The position numbers and the translations under genes were made by a program. Below, piece after piece: positions 30,706 to 34,058 of a stretch of DNA of 34,058 bases; the stretch's first letter is position 1, and each line of letters starts with the position of its first letter. Source of the stretch: an uncultured archaeon (GTDB taxonomy: Archaea; Asgardarchaeota; Lokiarchaeia; Sigyniarchaeales; SOKP01); NCBI GenBank assembly GCA_964493715.1, contig CAZBPC010000019.1, positions 12,715-46,772 of the forward strand, written 5' to 3'. The notes under the pieces were generated by a model, which was given only the letters and a program-made list of their open reading frames with translations, was not told the origin of the DNA and ran no database searches.

Positions 30706-32052
30706 ATGACAGAAGCAATAAATATGTATGAAAAATATTTCAAAGATCCAAAACGGGAACCTGTATTAATTGATTATGTCCGAACGCCAATTGGTAGAAG
30801 AAAAGGAACAGTAGGGCGTCACAGAGGAGATGATTTAGTAGTACATTGCTACCAAACTATTGTTAATCGGAATAACTTCGATGTTAATATAATTGGGGAT
30901 TCTATGGTTAGTTGTAACAGTCAAATCGGGGATTGTGCTTTAGACATTGGGAGAACATCTGCATTGGCTGCTCATTTGCCGGTTAGTGTACCTGGAATGT
31001 CCATTAATCGTCAATGTGCTAGTGGAGCTCAATCAGTTATGTCTGCTTGGCAAGCTATTGCCTCAGGAATCAATGATTGTGTTATCTGTGGAGGAACAGA
31101 AGTCCAAAATCGATATCCGATAATGTCAGATTCTTATGTGTTTGATAAAGAACAGAATAAACCAATGATGGTTGCACCTAATAAAAAAATTTTAAGTAAT
31201 CCCGAAGTCGCGCAAAAATTAAAGGAATTTAAAACCTCCTTTGCAGGACAAATTAATTCCGCTCACGATCTTGGCGTCCATTGGATGAAAAAATCAGGAA
31301 AATCTTTAGAAGATTTCAGACTTGAACTAGATACTCTTTCACTTGCATCACATCAAAAAGCAATTACCACTTGGGATAAAAGAGGAAAAGAAATTGAACC
31401 TATATGGTGTCCAAAGCTTGATGAGAATGGGAATCCTACATTTGATGAAAATAATGATGTTGCAAAGGATCCAAGTTTATCGGTCCTAACTGAGAGAGAT
31501 GAAGCACCTCGACCTGATACAACAATGGAGAAGTTAGCAAGTTTAAGAACTATCATTGGTAGAAAAAGTCAAGCCTTTTTGACTGCTGGTAATAGTTGTC
31601 CAACCAGTGATGGTGCTGCAGCACAACTTTGGATGACCCGTGAATTAGCTGAGGAATATGGTTTAAAAATTAGAGCTTCAATTGTGGGCTATGCTGTTGT
31701 TGGGACGGATCCTGTTTTGCAACTAACTGGACCAATAAAAGCAATGCCAGAAGCACTTAAAAGAGCAAATTTAACGTTTGACGATATGAGTTTTATTGAA
31801 ATCAACGAAGCTTTTAGTCCAGTTATCTTTGCTTGTTGTTATGATCTTGGTATAGAATGGGACGATCCCAGATTTAATCCTTGGGGTGGAGCAATTGCAT
31901 TAGGGCATCCTACAGGAGCAACTGGTACTAGATTAATTGGTACAAATCTCCATCAATTAGAGGAATCTGGGAAAGAATTCGCTATTAGTTCGATGTGCGT
32001 TGGATTAGGAATGGGATCAGCAACCATAATAAGAAATGAAAATCCTAAATAA
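30706..32052 (+). CDS. Acetyl-CoA C-acyltransferase (thiolase)
   Basis: RTPIG, catalytic Cys in INRQCASG, TAGNS...DGAA, EINEAF, GGAIALGHP.GATG, MCVGLGMG. Confidence 0.93.
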   Translation: MTEAINMYEKYFKDPKREPVLIDYVRTPIGRRKGTVGRHRGDDLVVHCYQTIVNRNNFDVNIIGDSMVSCNSQIGDCALDIGRTSALAAHLPVSVPGMSINRQCASGAQSVMSAWQAIASGINDCVICGGTEVQNRYPIMSDSYVFDKEQNKPMMVAPNKKILSNPEVAQKLKEFKTSFAGQINSAHDLGVHWMKKSGKSLEDFRLELDTLSLASHQKAITTWDKRGKEIEPIWCPKLDENGNPTFDENNDVAKDPSLSVLTERDEAPRPDTTMEKLASLRTIIGRKSQAFLTAGNSCPTSDGAAAQLWMTRELAEEYGLKIRASIVGYAVVGTDPVLQLTGPIKAMPEALKRANLTFDDMSFIEINEAFSPVIFACCYDLGIEWDDPRFNPWGGAIALGHPTGATGTRLIGTNLHQLEESGKEFAISSMCVGLGMGSATIIRNENPK

Positions 32053-32141
32053 TTCTTATTTCTTATTTTTATTTTATTTGATAAGATTATCATCTTATAA
32101 TTTAATATTGATGATTGATAAATACATTTAGGTGTACCTTG

Positions 32142-33368
32142 ATGAAAAAAGTAGCAATTATTGGAGTTGGACACACTAAATTTGGGAGGCTCCCAAATAA
32201 AAATTTAATGGATTTATTATCAGATGCATCATTGGAAGCAATGGAAGATTCAAACACCAGTGATACTGATTTTGATTCAGTTTATGTTGGAGCCATGAAT
32301 CCTGCTGTTTTTAATAATATCTCTGGAATAGCAAGCAATTTAGTAGATCGCTTAAGTTTATTAGCTGCTGCAGCAGATCATATTAAAAATGGTCCAGCAA
32401 GCGGAGGATCAGCAATAAAAGCGGGTTTCCAAGCTATTGCATCTGGAATGAGTGATTTAGTTTTAATTGTAGGGGGTGAAAAAATGACTCACATAACTAC
32501 ACCTGGCTATGTTACGTCCGTAGTCGCTACTTTAACTCATCCTCAAGCTGAACGTCCTTTTGGTGTTTCATTACCCTCTTTAGCTGGCATGTTAACTCGA
32601 TCATATTTAGAGAAATATAACGCCAAATTGGAATGGCTTTCTGATATTGCTATTAAAAATCATCGAAATGGAGCACTTAATCCAAATGCACATTTTCAGA
32701 GAACTATTGAAGATTTTATGAAAAGCGCGAGGGAGAAAGGGAAAGGAAACTGGGATAATGTATATCAGTTTTTAGCAGATGAAAAAATGAATCCAATTAT
32801 CGCAGATCCTCTTAGATTGTTTCATGTTTGTCCAATTTCTGATGGTGCTGCCGCTCTCGTATTATGTAATGCTGAAAAGGCAAAAGCGTATTCTGATTCT
32901 CCAATTCTAATTAGTGGGATAGGACAAGCAACTGACACTCATATAGTATTTGAAAGGGAGGACATCACTACTTTGAAAGCTTTAAAACTAGCCTCCACTC
33001 AAGCATATAAAATGGCACATAAAACTCCAGAAGATATTGATGTTGCTGAATTGCATGATGCTTTTGAAATTTTAGAAGCAGTCCAATCTGAAGATATTGG
33101 TTTTTTCAAGAAAGGAGAAGGCGCTAAAGCCGCACATGAGGGGTTAACAGAAATAGGTGGAGAATTACCGATCAATCCTTCAGGCGGGTTGAAGGCGCGA
33201 GGCCATCCCTTAGGTGCTACGGGTGTTGCACAAGTAGTAGAATTATTTTGGCAATTACAAGGAGAAGCAGGAAAAAGACAAGTGGATGGTGCTGAAACGG
33301 GGATTACTTGCAACTTTGGAGGATTTGGGAATAATATTATTTCTATATTAGTTGAAAGGATGTACTAA
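32142..33368 (+). CDS. Thiolase-domain protein (SCP2/archaeal type) lacking the first catalytic Cys
   Basis: VAIIGVG.TKFG, KNGPASGG, SDGAAA, ELHDAF, NPSGGLKARGHP.GATG, N.GG; AGGTG SD before TTG/ATG at 32139/32142. Confidence 0.88.
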   Translation: MKKVAIIGVGHTKFGRLPNKNLMDLLSDASLEAMEDSNTSDTDFDSVYVGAMNPAVFNNISGIASNLVDRLSLLAAAADHIKNGPASGGSAIKAGFQAIASGMSDLVLIVGGEKMTHITTPGYVTSVVATLTHPQAERPFGVSLPSLAGMLTRSYLEKYNAKLEWLSDIAIKNHRNGALNPNAHFQRTIEDFMKSAREKGKGNWDNVYQFLADEKMNPIIADPLRLFHVCPISDGAAALVLCNAEKAKAYSDSPILISGIGQATDTHIVFEREDITTLKALKLASTQAYKMAHKTPEDIDVAELHDAFEILEAVQSEDIGFFKKGEGAKAAHEGLTEIGGELPINPSGGLKARGHPLGATGVAQVVELFWQLQGEAGKRQVDGAETGITCNFGGFGNNIISILVERMY

Positions 33369-33479
33369 TACAATCAAATGTATAGTATTATATCGACGGT
33401 CATATAATATTTAAATTAATAATTCAGAAAAATGCCTTAACATCCTTGTATTTTTTTTATTCCAATTTAACCACAAATA

Positions 33480-34058
33480 TTAAAAATCTTCAATAATCGC
33501 TTTAATCTCTTTGATAAAGGGTTTAGCATAAGATTGCCACATCTGTTTTGTAATATCATCGCCCGGAGTTTGTTCTATAAGTTCCTCACCTTTCATTAAA
33601 TGCTCAAGTGCTAAATTATAATCTTCCAACTCTCTATAACAAATTCCAAGTTTAATGTGTGTTTGATAAATATACCAACTATTTGGATTCAATTCTATTG
33701 CTTTTTGAAACTTGTTAATAGCTGATTCGTGTTCATTGAAAGCCATAAGAATTTCACCATATGAATCCTGATAAATTTCATTATTTGGCTCTTGCTCTAT
33801 GAGGTCTTGGACTACTCTTAAAGCCTCGTTTCTTTTATTTAAGTATTGATACCAGTGCGCTTTGTAATTGAGAAGTTCATTGTCTTCGGGGTATTCTTTA
33901 GTTAATTCATCTATAATTTTGAATCCTCCAACAAGATCTCTCATATTTTTTAGAACAGATGCTTTTTTCAGTTTGATATCTTTTTCGTTTTCAGGAAAAT
34001 CTTTTAGCATTCCATCAAAAAGGATTAAAGCTTCATTGTATTTATCAAAATAAAGTAG
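33480..34058 (-). CDS. Tetratricopeptide-repeat protein (5' end outside the window)
   Basis: Repeated TPR helices (DSYGEIL....A...FQKAIELNP; LGICY...Y.LA..HL.KG); frame open to the window edge. Confidence 0.85.
   Translation of the reverse strand, partial: LLYFDKYNEALILFDGMLKDFPENEKDIKLKKASVLKNMRDLVGGFKIIDELTKEYPEDNELLNYKAHWYQYLNKRNEALRVVQDLIEQEPNNEIYQDSYGEILMAFNEHESAINKFQKAIELNPNSWYIYQTHIKLGICYRELEDYNLALEHLMKGEELIEQTPGDDITKQMWQSYAKPFIKEIKAIIEDF

Overview
AT-rich archaeal chromosomal window. An archaeal-type LeuRS, an aIF1A with eukaryote-like tails, BRE/TATA promoters and many acyl-CoA/beta-oxidation genes suggest an Asgard (Lokiarchaeia-like) archaeon; the taxonomy is inferred. About 35 CDS: redox/flavodoxin proteins, ADP-forming acyl-CoA ligase, two crotonases, two thiolase-family proteins, a Rieske oxygenase, katG with a divergent PerR/Fur, a sulfatase, an ABC-2 exporter, leuS and patB. 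There are two standout RNA-level signals. (1) The acetoacetyl-CoA synthetase gene is interrupted inside its conserved WMMWNW motif by a 30-nt stop-containing insert (10389-10418). The insert folds into a bulge-helix-bulge splice motif whose canonical cut sites restore the motif exactly, making it a candidate tRNA-endonuclease-type intron in a metabolic mRNA. (2) leuS is preceded by a 28-aa leader peptide ending LLVLLLLL (26030-26116) and by alternative hairpins, a candidate leucine-sensing attenuator in an archaeon. No rRNA, tRNA, CRISPR array or transposase was seen.
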